DNA of 64,000 nucleotides from Escherichia coli (GTDB lineage Bacteria; Pseudomonadota; Gammaproteobacteria; Enterobacterales; Enterobacteriaceae): NCBI RefSeq assembly GCF_044324875.1, contig NZ_CP172185.1; one strand, 5' to 3'. Shown piece by piece: positions 54,506 to 64,000 of this stretch (position 1 is its first letter; each line of letters starts with the position of its first letter). The notes under the pieces were generated by a model. It saw only the letters and a program-made list of their open reading frames with translations, ran no database searches and was not told where the DNA came from. The position numbers and the translations under genes were made by a program.

Positions 54506-57500
54506 TTAATAATCTCCAGTAAAGCCTGCACAGGATGGCGTACCCCCGTGCCTTCGACCCGTTTTACCTGGCTACGGCAGGAATATCCGGTCGCCAGACA
54601 GCGATTACGCGGCAGTCGCTGCATCGCCTGATGCCAGGATAACTCATAGATCCCGAGCGAATTTTTATGGTTTTTCGCTTCATGTCCGTAAGTCCCTGCC
54701 ATGCCGCAGCAACCCACGCTGACATTTTCCAGTTTCGCGCCAAAACGGGCAAATATCGCGGCCCATTGTGCTGGCGCGCCCGGCAAAGCGGTAACTTCGG
54801 TACAGTGACCAAAGAAATACCATGATTCACCGCTGACTGTAGCCACTGGCTGTGAGTCAAGTGCGCTTGCCAGCCATTCATTCGCCAGTAAGACGTTAAA
54901 CTCGCCACGTTCCTCGCCCAGCGCCAGTTTATATTCATCGCGATAACAAAGTACCAGCGCCGGATCGACGCCCACCATTGGCATCCCCAGCTTCGCCATA
55001 CGGTTGAGGAAATCCGCCGTCTTTTTCGCCGTCTTCGCAAAACGATTAAGAAAGCCTTTGATATGCTGGGCTTTGCCATTTGGCGAAAATGGCAGTAACA
55101 CAGGCTGGAAACCTAATTTTTCGACCAGACGGACAAAATCCGCCACCACTTGCGCATCGTAATAGCTGGTAAAGGGGTCCTGCACCACCAACACCGTGCG
55201 CGCTTTCTGCTCTGCATTGAGAGCTTCAAGCTGTTCCAGCGTCATATTCGCCGAGCGATGCCCCACCATTTGTTGTTGCAGCGAGGGGACCGACAGCAGC
55301 GGCAAATCAACCATGCCAATATGTTTTTCCGAGAGTTTGCGCACCAGCGGCTGGTTAATGAAGAAGTTAAAGGTTTTCGGCGCGCGTGCCATCAGCGGTG
55401 CGTAGCTCTCGACCGTAGCGACAAGGTGGTCGCGCAGAGGGCGTAAATAACGGGTGTGATAGAGCTGCAGAAAACGAGAGCGAAACTCCGGCACATCAAT
55501 TTTGATGGGGCACTGGGTCGAACAAGCTTTACAGGCCAGACAGCCCGACATCGCCTCTTTGACTTCGTGGGAGAAGTCATATTCGCCTTTATTCGCATGC
55601 CAGCTATTGCGCGTGCGGGCAATTAACGTCCGCAAACTGACGCCGGATTCAGGCAGTTCTTGTTCCAGTTTGAGTGGGTCAACGCCGCGATCCGCCAACA
55701 AGCGCAGCCATTCACGCACCAGCGTTGCGCGCCCTTTCGGTGAATGAATCCGGTTCTGGGTGATCTTCATCGACGGACACATCGGACTACGGACATCAAA
55801 GTTGAAGCATAAACCGTTGCCGTTACACTCCATCGCACCGCGCCACTGCTGGCGTACCGCAATGGGGATCTGCCGATCGAATGTACCGCGCTTCACCGCG
55901 TCCACTTTCATCATCGGCGCATCGAGACCTTCTGGCGGGCAAATCTTCCCAGGGTTGAGTCGGTTATGCGGGTCAAATGCCGCTTTCACTTTGCGCAGTT
56001 CTGCAAAAAGTTCCTCACCGAAAAACGCCGGGCTGTATTCAGCGCGAAAACCTTTGCCGTGCTCGCCCCACAACAAACCACCGTATTTCGCGGTAAGCGC
56101 CACTACGTCATCAGAGATTTGCTTCATCAAAATCTCTTGTTGCGGATCGCACATATCCAGCGCAGGACGGACGTGCAAGACACCTGCGTCGACGTGACCG
56201 AACATACCGTAGCTTAAGCCGTGGCTGTCGAGCAGCGCGCGAAATTCAGCAATATAATCGGCCAGATGTTCCGGCGGTACGCAGGTATCCTCAGCAAACG
56301 GAATTGGCTTGGCTGCTCCTTTGGCATTACCGAGCAGGCCGACAGCTTTTTTGCGCATCGCATAAATACGCTCAACACCTGCCAGCTCACTGCATACCTG
56401 CCAGCCGATCACACCTGCCTGTTGGCTGGCGATAAGTTCATCCAGCCGCGCACAGAGTGCATTTACTCGCTCATCAATCAGCGTCTCATCATCACCAGCA
56501 AATTCCACAATGTTCAGCCCGAGCATCTCTTTGTCTGGCACATCGGTAATCAACTCGCTGACGGAATGCCAGACGATATCTTCCCGCGCCAGATTCAGCA
56601 CTTTTGAGTCCACCGTCTCTACCGACAGCGCCCGCGCCTCAACCATAAACGGCGCGTTACGCAGCGCGGAGTCAAAAGAGTCATATTTGACGTTCACCAG
56701 ACGGCGCACTTTAGGCAAGGGCGTAATATCCAGCCGCGCTTCGGTAATAAAGGCCAGCGTCCCTTCTGAACCCGTCAGAATGCGCGTCAGGTCGAACTCG
56801 GTCATCTCATCGTTAAAGACATGACGCAGATCGTAACCGGTAAGAAAGCGGTTAAGTTTGGGGAAGTTGTCGATGATTAACTGGCGTTGCTGACGGCAAC
56901 GTTGATAAACCGTGTTATAAATTCGCCCGATTGTGGTATTGGATTTACCCAGCGTTTCCGCCAGCTCGACGGGTAAAGGTTGCGTATCGAGAATATCGCC
57001 CCCCAACAATACCGCACGTAGGCCAAGTACGTGATCTGACGTTTTGCCATAGACCAGCGATCCCTGACCGGATGCATCGGTATTGATCATCCCGCCGAGC
57101 GTTGCCCGGTTGCTGGTCGAAAGCTCCGGCGCAAAAAAGTAGCCGAACGGTTTCAGGTACTGATTGAGTTGGTCTTTTATCACCCCGGCCTCAACGCGCA
57201 CCCAGCCCTCTTCAGGGTTAATTTCGATGATGCGGTTCATATGGCGGGACATATCAACAATAATCCCCTGGTTGAGCGCCTGACCGTTAGTGCCGGTGCC
57301 GCCGCCGCGGGGGGTAAAGATCAGCGATGAATAGCGTTCCTGCGCGGCAAGACGGGCGATCAGCGCCACATCTGCGGTTGAACGCGGAAATACCACCGCA
57401 TCGGGGAGAAGTTGGTAAATACTATTGTCGGTCGACATTGTCAGACGATCGGCATAACTTGTCGCCGTATCGCCGGTAAACCCCTGTTGCTCCAGCTCTT

Positions 57501-57558
57501 GCAAAAAATTAAGCACCAGTTGAACGACGCCGGGTGCCTGGGAAATCTGTGGAATCAT
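54502..57558 (-). CDS. ydiJ: FAD-linked oxidoreductase with Fe-S domain
   Basis: 1018 aa; K-12 synteny. Confidence 0.9.
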   Translation of the reverse strand: MIPQISQAPGVVQLVLNFLQELEQQGFTGDTATSYADRLTMSTDNSIYQLLPDAVVFPRSTADVALIARLAAQERYSSLIFTPRGGGTGTNGQALNQGIIVDMSRHMNRIIEINPEEGWVRVEAGVIKDQLNQYLKPFGYFFAPELSTSNRATLGGMINTDASGQGSLVYGKTSDHVLGLRAVLLGGDILDTQPLPVELAETLGKSNTTIGRIYNTVYQRCRQQRQLIIDNFPKLNRFLTGYDLRHVFNDEMTEFDLTRILTGSEGTLAFITEARLDITPLPKVRRLVNVKYDSFDSALRNAPFMVEARALSVETVDSKVLNLAREDIVWHSVSELITDVPDKEMLGLNIVEFAGDDETLIDERVNALCARLDELIASQQAGVIGWQVCSELAGVERIYAMRKKAVGLLGNAKGAAKPIPFAEDTCVPPEHLADYIAEFRALLDSHGLSYGMFGHVDAGVLHVRPALDMCDPQQEILMKQISDDVVALTAKYGGLLWGEHGKGFRAEYSPAFFGEELFAELRKVKAAFDPHNRLNPGKICPPEGLDAPMMKVDAVKRGTFDRQIPIAVRQQWRGAMECNGNGLCFNFDVRSPMCPSMKITQNRIHSPKGRATLVREWLRLLADRGVDPLKLEQELPESGVSLRTLIARTRNSWHANKGEYDFSHEVKEAMSGCLACKACSTQCPIKIDVPEFRSRFLQLYHTRYLRPLRDHLVATVESYAPLMARAPKTFNFFINQPLVRKLSEKHIGMVDLPLLSVPSLQQQMVGHRSANMTLEQLEALNAEQKARTVLVVQDPFTSYYDAQVVADFVRLVEKLGFQPVLLPFSPNGKAQHIKGFLNRFAKTAKKTADFLNRMAKLGMPMVGVDPALVLCYRDEYKLALGEERGEFNVLLANEWLASALDSQPVATVSGESWYFFGHCTEVTALPGAPAQWAAIFARFGAKLENVSVGCCGMAGTYGHEAKNHKNSLGIYELSWHQAMQRLPRNRCLATGYSCRSQVKRVEGTGVRHPVQALLEIIK

Positions 57559-57644
57559 TATATTGACCCTTTCCTGCGGTCTGTGATGTAGGTCGATACA
57601 CTATTCTTTCAGGCGGCTGCAATAGCGCACTGAAAGGTGATGTT

Positions 57645-57780
57645 TATTTACTCTATGGATTTCGAGTTGCAGGAAGGCGGCAAGCGAGTGAACTCCAGGA
57701 GCTTACAATAGTAAGTGACTGGGGTGAACGAACGTAGCCGCAGCACATGCAACTTGAAATACGACGAGTAAATCGTTTGC
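57645..57780. repeat. ERIC / IRU repetitive element
   Basis: GTGAACTCCAGGAGCTTACAATAGTAAGTGACTGGGGTGAACG matches the ERIC core inverted repeat. Confidence 0.8.
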
Positions 57781-57946
57781 GTGTTGCCTGAGTTGTTGTA
57801 CCACATTTTTTTCTAACACGCCCATCAGAATTAAGGGCAGAATCGGCCTGTTAAAAACCGCTGAAATTGCTCATCATTATGCAGGTGAGTTTCGCGTGTT
57901 CACGTCGCGTCGACGATTTGACGCACAAAAAAGGTGAAAAGTTGTT

Positions 57947-59059
57947 ATGGTAAATGTTCGTCAGCCCAGGGATGTCGCACAAATTCTGCTTTCGGTGCTC
58001 TTTTTAGCCATCATGATTGTGGCATGTCTGTGGATTGTACAACCCTTTATTCTCGGCTTTGCATGGGCTGGTACGGTGGTTATCGCCACCTGGCCGGTAT
58101 TGTTACGTTTGCAAAAGATCATGTTTGGTCGCCGCTCTCTCGCCGTTCTGGTGATGACGCTGTTATTAGTGATGGTGTTTATCATCCCTATTGCCTTGCT
58201 GGTTAACAGTATCGTCGACGGCAGCGGCCCGCTAATTAAAGCCATTTCCAGCGGTGACATGACGTTACCCGATCTGGCGTGGCTTAATACCATTCCGGTG
58301 ATTGGCGCGAAGCTATATGCAGGCTGGCACAACTTGCTGGATATGGGGGGGACGGCGATCATGGCGAAAGTCCGCCCTTATATTGGCACCACCACCACCT
58401 GGTTCGTTGGGCAAGCGGCGCATATCGGGCGCTTTATGGTGCATTGTGCGCTGATGCTTCTCTTCAGTGCCCTGCTGTACTGGCGCGGTGAACAGGTGGC
58501 ACAAGGCATTCGCCATTTTGCAACCCGTCTGGCAGGCGTTCGTGGAGATGCCGCCGTGCTGCTGGCGGCACAAGCTATCCGCGCGGTGGCGCTGGGTGTT
58601 GTGGTGACAGCGTTAGTACAGGCAGTGCTTGGCGGTATCGGGCTCGCCGTATCCGGCGTACCTTATGCAACTTTGCTCACGGTGTTAATGATCCTCTCCT
58701 GCCTTGTCCAGCTTGGACCGTTGCCGGTACTGATTCCGGCGATTATCTGGCTCTACTGGACTGGCGATACCACCTGGGGAACGGTACTGTTAGTTTGGAG
58801 CGGTGTGGTTGGCACGCTGGATAACGTCATCCGCCCAATGTTAATTCGCATGGGTGCCGATTTACCGCTGATCCTGATTCTCTCTGGCGTTATTGGTGGT
58901 TTGATTGCTTTCGGGATGATCGGCCTGTTTATTGGTCCGGTTCTGTTAGCCGTTTCCTGGCGTCTTTTTGCCGCGTGGGTGGAAGAAGTCCCACCGCCGA
59001 CGGACCAACCGGAAGAAATTCTCGAAGAACTTGGCGAAATCGAGAAATCGAATAAGTAA
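57947..59059 (+). CDS. ydiK: AI-2E family transporter
   Basis: 370 aa multi-TM; K-12 synteny. Confidence 0.9.
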   Translation: MVNVRQPRDVAQILLSVLFLAIMIVACLWIVQPFILGFAWAGTVVIATWPVLLRLQKIMFGRRSLAVLVMTLLLVMVFIIPIALLVNSIVDGSGPLIKAISSGDMTLPDLAWLNTIPVIGAKLYAGWHNLLDMGGTAIMAKVRPYIGTTTTWFVGQAAHIGRFMVHCALMLLFSALLYWRGEQVAQGIRHFATRLAGVRGDAAVLLAAQAIRAVALGVVVTALVQAVLGGIGLAVSGVPYATLLTVLMILSCLVQLGPLPVLIPAIIWLYWTGDTTWGTVLLVWSGVVGTLDNVIRPMLIRMGADLPLILILSGVIGGLIAFGMIGLFIGPVLLAVSWRLFAAWVEEVPPPTDQPEEILEELGEIEKSNK

Positions 59060-59244
59060 TTTCTCATCAGGCGGCTCTGCCGCCTGATTGTTAACCCCTG
59101 CTAATTGATATTTGCTTGCTCTTCCCCATATTTTCCTGCTTACCGCCATTCAGCTGGTAGTACCTGTCGCAAATTCTTTACAGTTTTTAAACTAATGAGA
59201 CGAATCTGATCGACACAAAAAGTCCGTATGCCTACTATTAGCTC

Positions 59245-59350
59245 ACGGTTATAAATCAACTTATTGATTTATAAGCATGGAAATCCCCTGAGTGAAACAA
59301 CGAATTGCTGTGTGTAGTCTTTGCCCATCTCCCACGATGGGCTTTTTTTT
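59245..59350 (+). ncRNA. rprA: RprA small regulatory RNA
   Basis: ACGGTTATAAATCAAC...GCCCATCTCCCACGATGGGCTTTTTTTT matches RprA nearly base for base, in its known ydiK-ydiL location. Confidence 0.9.
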
Positions 59351-59487
59351 AACATTTTTCCGCTTCGCTATCTCGCCCCTCACTCTTTCCAATAATGTTG
59401 CACAAGATACTGTGACTCTCTTCAAGCCGTCAGCAGGCTGATAATGTTATTTATATTTTATTGTTTATTTCATGCAGCCATTACACG

Positions 59488-59844
59488 ATGAACGCTTATG
59501 AACTCCAGGCACTCCGCCATATTTTTGCCATGACTATTGATGAATGCGCGACCTGGATTGCCCAGACCGGTGACAGTGAAAGCTGGCGTCAATGGGAAAA
59601 TGGCAAATACGCCATTCCTGATCGTGTAGTCGAGCAACTGTTGGCTATGCGTCAGCAAAGAAAAAAACATCTTCATGCCATCATAGAGAAAATAAATAAC
59701 CGCATCGGCAACAACACCATGCGTTTTTTCCCCGACTTAACCGCGTTTCAACAAGTCTACCCTGATGGCAATTTTATTGACTGGAAGATCTATCAATCGG
59801 TAGCCGCTGAATTATATGCACACGATCTGGAGCGCCTTTGTTAA
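59488..59844 (+). CDS. ydiL: YdiL
   Basis: 118 aa from MNAYELQALRHIF. Confidence 0.8.
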   Translation: MNAYELQALRHIFAMTIDECATWIAQTGDSESWRQWENGKYAIPDRVVEQLLAMRQQRKKHLHAIIEKINNRIGNNTMRFFPDLTAFQQVYPDGNFIDWKIYQSVAAELYAHDLERLC

Positions 59845-59942
59845 TTTTCCAAAGAAAGGAATTGTCGTTGTTACAACAATAATGAACGGATGCTGACACA
59901 ACATCGCTTCACTTTTTAAAGCACCTTTGCTAAGTAGAACCT

Positions 59943-61157
59943 ATGAAAAATCCCTATTACCCTACCGCACTGGGGTTGTATTTTAATTACCTGGTGCATG
60001 GTATGGGCGTCATTTTGATGAGCCTGAATATGGCCTCGCTGGAGACGCTTTGGCAGACTAATGCCGCGGGCGTCTCGATAGTTATCTCATCACTGGGCAT
60101 TGGTCGATTAAGTGTCTTGCTTTTTGCAGGATTATTATCCGATCGCTTTGGTCGCCGCCCTTTTATCATGCTCGGGATGTGCTGCTATATGGCCTTCTTT
60201 TTTGGCATCCTGCACACCAATAACATCATTATCGCTTATGTTTTTGGCTTTCTGGCGGGAATGGCAAACAGTTTTCTCGATGCAGGCACCTATCCCAGTT
60301 TGATGGAAGCTTTTCCACGCTCACCGGGTACAGCCAATATTTTAATTAAAGCATTTGTTTCCAGCGGGCAATTTTTATTACCGCTAATCATTAGCCTGTT
60401 AGTGTGGGCTGAACTGTGGTTCGGTTGGTCCTTTATGATTGCCGCAGGCATTATGTTTATTAACGCTCTGTTTTTATGCCGTTGTACGTTCCCACCCCAT
60501 CCGGGTCGTCGCTTACCTGTCATAAAGAAAACCACCAGCTCTACGGAACATCGCTGTTCAATTATCGATTTAGCCAGTTATACCTTATATGGCTATATCT
60601 CAATGGCAACGTTTTATCTGGTTAGCCAGTGGCTGGCACAGTACGGACAATTTGTTGCAGGCATGTCATACACTATGTCGATCAAACTACTTAGTATCTA
60701 CACCGTGGGTTCGCTGCTTTGTGTATTTATTACCGCTCCACTCATTCGTAATACCGTTCGCCCAACAACATTACTGATGCTGTACACCTTTATCTCATTT
60801 ATTGCTCTGTTTACCGTCTGCCTGCATCCCACATTTTATGTGGTGATAATATTTGCTTTTGTCATTGGTTTTACCTCTGCTGGAGGTGTTGTGCAAATTG
60901 GCCTGACGTTAATGGCTGAACGTTTCCCCTATGCTAAAGGTAAAGCTACAGGGATCTATTACAGTGCGGGCAGTATTGCAACATTTACCATTCCGTTGAT
61001 TACGGCTCATCTGTCCCAAAGAAGTATTGCCGATATTATGTGGTTCGATACCGCCATCGCTGCCATCGGCTTTTTACTGGCACTGTTTATCGGCTTACGC
61101 AGCCGCAAAGAAACGCGGCATCACTCGCTAAAGGAAAATGTCGCTCCGGGTGGGTAA
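59943..61157 (+). CDS. ydiM: MFS transporter
   Basis: 404 aa; K-12 synteny. Confidence 0.9.
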   Translation: MKNPYYPTALGLYFNYLVHGMGVILMSLNMASLETLWQTNAAGVSIVISSLGIGRLSVLLFAGLLSDRFGRRPFIMLGMCCYMAFFFGILHTNNIIIAYVFGFLAGMANSFLDAGTYPSLMEAFPRSPGTANILIKAFVSSGQFLLPLIISLLVWAELWFGWSFMIAAGIMFINALFLCRCTFPPHPGRRLPVIKKTTSSTEHRCSIIDLASYTLYGYISMATFYLVSQWLAQYGQFVAGMSYTMSIKLLSIYTVGSLLCVFITAPLIRNTVRPTTLLMLYTFISFIALFTVCLHPTFYVVIIFAFVIGFTSAGGVVQIGLTLMAERFPYAKGKATGIYYSAGSIATFTIPLITAHLSQRSIADIMWFDTAIAAIGFLLALFIGLRSRKETRHHSLKENVAPGG

Positions 61158-61383
61158 TGCAATATTCTTTTCAGGTCATGCAAGATCTTACGGATAAATA
61201 ACTCTTTCTGCGCTAACTAAGGAAAATCGCGATCAAAAACAAACTATGACATGCAATATTCCTGGAAACATAAACTTTATGCCATGTACCCAGGGAAAAT
61301 CATCTTCAGTATAGTAATTATGTAAACCGTCGGAGAACAATACGTACGGTAACGAAATTATCTTTCAGCAAGGAGCTGTGAAA

Positions 61384-62649
61384 ATGTCTCAAAATAAGGC
61401 TTTCAGCACGCCATTTATCCTGGCTGTTCTTTGTATTTACTTCAGCTATTTCCTGCACGGCATTAGTGTTATTACGCTTGCCCAAAATATGTCATCTCTG
61501 GCAGAAAAGTTTTCCACTGACAACGCGGGCATTGCCTATTTAATTTCCGGTATCGGTTTGGGGCGATTGATCAGTATTTTATTCTTCGGTGTGATCTCCG
61601 ATAAGTTTGGTCGTCGGGCGGTAATATTAATGGCAGTAATAATGTATCTGCTATTCTTCTTTGGTATCCCTGCTTGCCCGAATTTAACTCTCGCCTACTG
61701 TCTGGCAGTGTGCGTAGGTATCGCTAACTCAGCGCTGGATACGGGTGGCTACCCCGCGCTCATGGAATGCTTTCCGAAAGCCTCTGGTTCGGCGGTCATA
61801 CTGGTTAAAGCGATGGTGTCATTCGGGCAAATGTTCTACCCAATGCTGGTGAGCTATATGTTGCTCAATAACATCTGGTACGGCTATGGGCTGATTATTC
61901 CGGGTATTCTGTTTGTACTGATCACACTGATGCTGTTGAAAAGCAAATTCCCCAGCCAGTTGGTGGACGCCAGCGTAGCTCATGAATTACCGCAAATGAA
62001 CAGCAAACCGTTAGTCTGGCTGGAAGGTGTTTCATCGGTACTGTTCGGTGTAGCCGCATTCTCGACCTTTTATGTGATTGTGGTGTGGATGCCCAAATAT
62101 GCGATGGCTTTTGCTGGTATGTCAGAAGCTGAAGCATTAAAAACCATCTCTTATTACAGTATGGGCTCGTTGGTCTGTGTCTTTATTTTTGCCGCACTAC
62201 TGAAAAAAATGGTCCGGCCCATCTGGGCTAATGTATTTAACTCTGCACTGGCCACAATAACAGCAGCCATTATCTACCTGTACCCTTCTCCACTGGTGTG
62301 TAATGCCGGAGCCTTTGTTATCGGTTTCTCAGCAGCTGGCGGCATTTTACAGCTCGGCGTTTCGGTCATGTCAGAGTTTTTCCCCAAAAGCAAAGCCAAA
62401 GTCACCAGTATTTATATGATGATGGGTGGACTGGCTAACTTTGTTATTCCGCTGATTACCGGTTATCTGTCGAACATCGGCCTGCAATATATCATTGCTC
62501 TCGATTTTACTTTCGCGCTGCTGGCCCTGATTACCGCAATTATTGTCTTTATCCGCTATTACCGCGTTTTCATTATTCCTGAAAATGATGTGCGGTTTGG
62601 CGAGCGTAAATTTAGCACCCGGTTAAACACAATTAAGCATAGAGGTTAA
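61384..62649 (+). CDS. ydiN: MFS transporter
   Basis: ATG at 61384 with RBS AAGGAG 8 nt upstream. Confidence 0.9.
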   Translation: MSQNKAFSTPFILAVLCIYFSYFLHGISVITLAQNMSSLAEKFSTDNAGIAYLISGIGLGRLISILFFGVISDKFGRRAVILMAVIMYLLFFFGIPACPNLTLAYCLAVCVGIANSALDTGGYPALMECFPKASGSAVILVKAMVSFGQMFYPMLVSYMLLNNIWYGYGLIIPGILFVLITLMLLKSKFPSQLVDASVAHELPQMNSKPLVWLEGVSSVLFGVAAFSTFYVIVVWMPKYAMAFAGMSEAEALKTISYYSMGSLVCVFIFAALLKKMVRPIWANVFNSALATITAAIIYLYPSPLVCNAGAFVIGFSAAGGILQLGVSVMSEFFPKSKAKVTSIYMMMGGLANFVIPLITGYLSNIGLQYIIALDFTFALLALITAIIVFIRYYRVFIIPENDVRFGERKFSTRLNTIKHRG

Positions 62650-62660
62650 AGGAGTTAATT

Positions 62661-63527
62661 ATGGATGTTACCGCAAAATACGAATTGATTGGGCTGATGG
62701 CCTATCCCATCCGCCACAGTTTATCGCCTGAAATGCAGAATAAAGCCTTAGAAAAAGCGGGATTGCCATTTACCTATATGGCCTTTGAAGTGGATAACGA
62801 TAGTTTTCCCGGAGCAATTGAAGGATTAAAAGCCCTCAAAATGCGCGGAACTGGTGTATCAATGCCGAACAAACAACTGGCGTGTGAATATGTTGATGAA
62901 TTAACGCCAGCGGCCAAACTGGTGGGTGCCATCAACACCATCGTTAATGATGATGGCTATCTGCGTGGCTATAACACCGACGGCACGGGCCATATTCGCG
63001 CCATTAAAGAGAGCGGTTTTGATATCAAAGGCAAAACAATGGTGCTGCTGGGTGCCGGCGGTGCCTCAACGGCAATTGGCGCGCAGGGGGCAATTGAAGG
63101 TTTAAAAGAAATTAAACTCTTTAACCGTCGGGATGAGTTCTTCGATAAAGCCCTCGCCTTCGCGCAGCGGGTTAATGAAAACACCGATTGTGTCGTCACG
63201 GTCACCGATCTCGCCGATCAGCAAGCCTTTGCTGAAGCCCTGGCTTCCGCCGACATTTTAACCAATGGCACAAAAGTGGGCATGAACCCCCTTGAGAATG
63301 AATCATTGGTTAATGATATCAGTCTGTTACATCCGGGACTTCTGGTCACTGAATGCGTGTATAACCCGCATATGACGAAGTTATTGCAGCAGGCGCAACA
63401 AGCTGGTTGCAAAACGATTGATGGATACGGCATGTTGTTGTGGCAAGGGGCTGAACAGTTCACGTTATGGACTGGCAAAGATTTCCCTCTGGAATATGTT
63501 AAACAGGTCATGGGGTTCGGTGCCTGA
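62661..63527 (+). CDS. ydiB: Quinate/shikimate dehydrogenase
   Basis: 288 aa AroE paralogue directly upstream of aroD. Confidence 0.95.
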   Translation: MDVTAKYELIGLMAYPIRHSLSPEMQNKALEKAGLPFTYMAFEVDNDSFPGAIEGLKALKMRGTGVSMPNKQLACEYVDELTPAAKLVGAINTIVNDDGYLRGYNTDGTGHIRAIKESGFDIKGKTMVLLGAGGASTAIGAQGAIEGLKEIKLFNRRDEFFDKALAFAQRVNENTDCVVTVTDLADQQAFAEALASADILTNGTKVGMNPLENESLVNDISLLHPGLLVTECVYNPHMTKLLQQAQQAGCKTIDGYGMLLWQGAEQFTLWTGKDFPLEYVKQVMGFGA

Positions 63528-63557
63528 CAGGCTGACCGCGTGCAGAAAGGGTAAAAA

Positions 63558-64000
63558 ATGAAAACCGTAACTGTAAAAGATCTCGTCATTGGTACGGGCG
63601 CACCTAAAATCATCGTCTCGCTGATGGCGAAAGATATCGCCAGCGTGAAATCCGAAGCTCTCGCCTATCGTGAAGCGGACTTTGATATTCTGGAATGGCG
63701 TGTGGACCACTATGCCGACCTCTCCAATGTGGAGTCTGTCATGGCGGCAGCAAAAATTCTCCGTGAAACCATGCCAGAAAAACCGCTGCTGTTTACCTTC
63801 CGCAGTGCCAAAGAAGGCGGCGAGCAGGCGATTTCCACCGAGGCTTATATTGCACTCAATCGTGCAGCCATCGACAGCGGCCTGGTTGATATAATCGATC
63901 TGGAGTTATTTACCGGCGATGATCAGGTTAAAGAAACCGTCGCCTACGCCCACGCGCATGATGTGAAAGTTGTCATGTCCAACCATGACTTCCATAAAAC
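63558..64000 (+). CDS. aroD: 3-dehydroquinate dehydratase type I (3-prime partial, runs off window)
   Basis: [26 protein letters not shown]...; no stop before window end. Confidence 0.93.
   Translation, partial: MKTVTVKDLVIGTGAPKIIVSLMAKDIASVKSEALAYREADFDILEWRVDHYADLSNVESVMAAAKILRETMPEKPLLFTFRSAKEGGEQAISTEAYIALNRAAIDSGLVDIIDLELFTGDDQVKETVAYAHAHDVKVVMSNHDFHK

Overview
The window has two parts. Positions 1 to about 21653 are the late (structural) half of a Mu-like prophage, all on the + strand except the invertible cassette: terminase large subunit C-terminus (runs off the 5-prime edge), portal, Mu F/G/I/T-like head genes, sheath, tube, tail assembly chaperone, tape measure, a P2/Mu-type baseplate module, a tail fibre with tandem repeats, an invertible fibre cassette and a Gin/Pin-family invertase. 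The phage ends at about 21653 with a Mu-type terminal sequence, inside the host helicase gene lhr, of which only the 3-prime part follows. Positions 21654 to 64000 are ordinary E. coli K-12-like chromosome in conserved order: grxD, mepH, sodB, ydhP, ynhF, purR, punR, punC, cfa, ribC, mdtK, ydhQ, valV-valW, ydhR, ydhS, the ydhYVWXUT operon, fumD, pykF, lpp, ldtE, sufEDSCBA (listed in coordinate order, transcribed sufA to sufE), ydiH, menI, ydiJ, ydiK, rprA, ydiL, ydiM, ydiN, ydiB and the start of aroD. I did not find a self-contained novel system such as a defence island. The least canonical items are all in the prophage: an unassigned ORF plus terminator between the tube and chaperone genes, an invertible fibre cassette with only one chaperone gene, large tandem repeats in the fibre and tape measure genes, and a chaperone overlap that needs a +1/-2 rather than -1 frame change. 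Protein family calls come from reading the translations and from gene order; no database search was run. Coordinates read off the sequence display rather than taken from the ORF track (tRNAs, sRNAs, hairpins, motifs) may be off by 1-2 nt.
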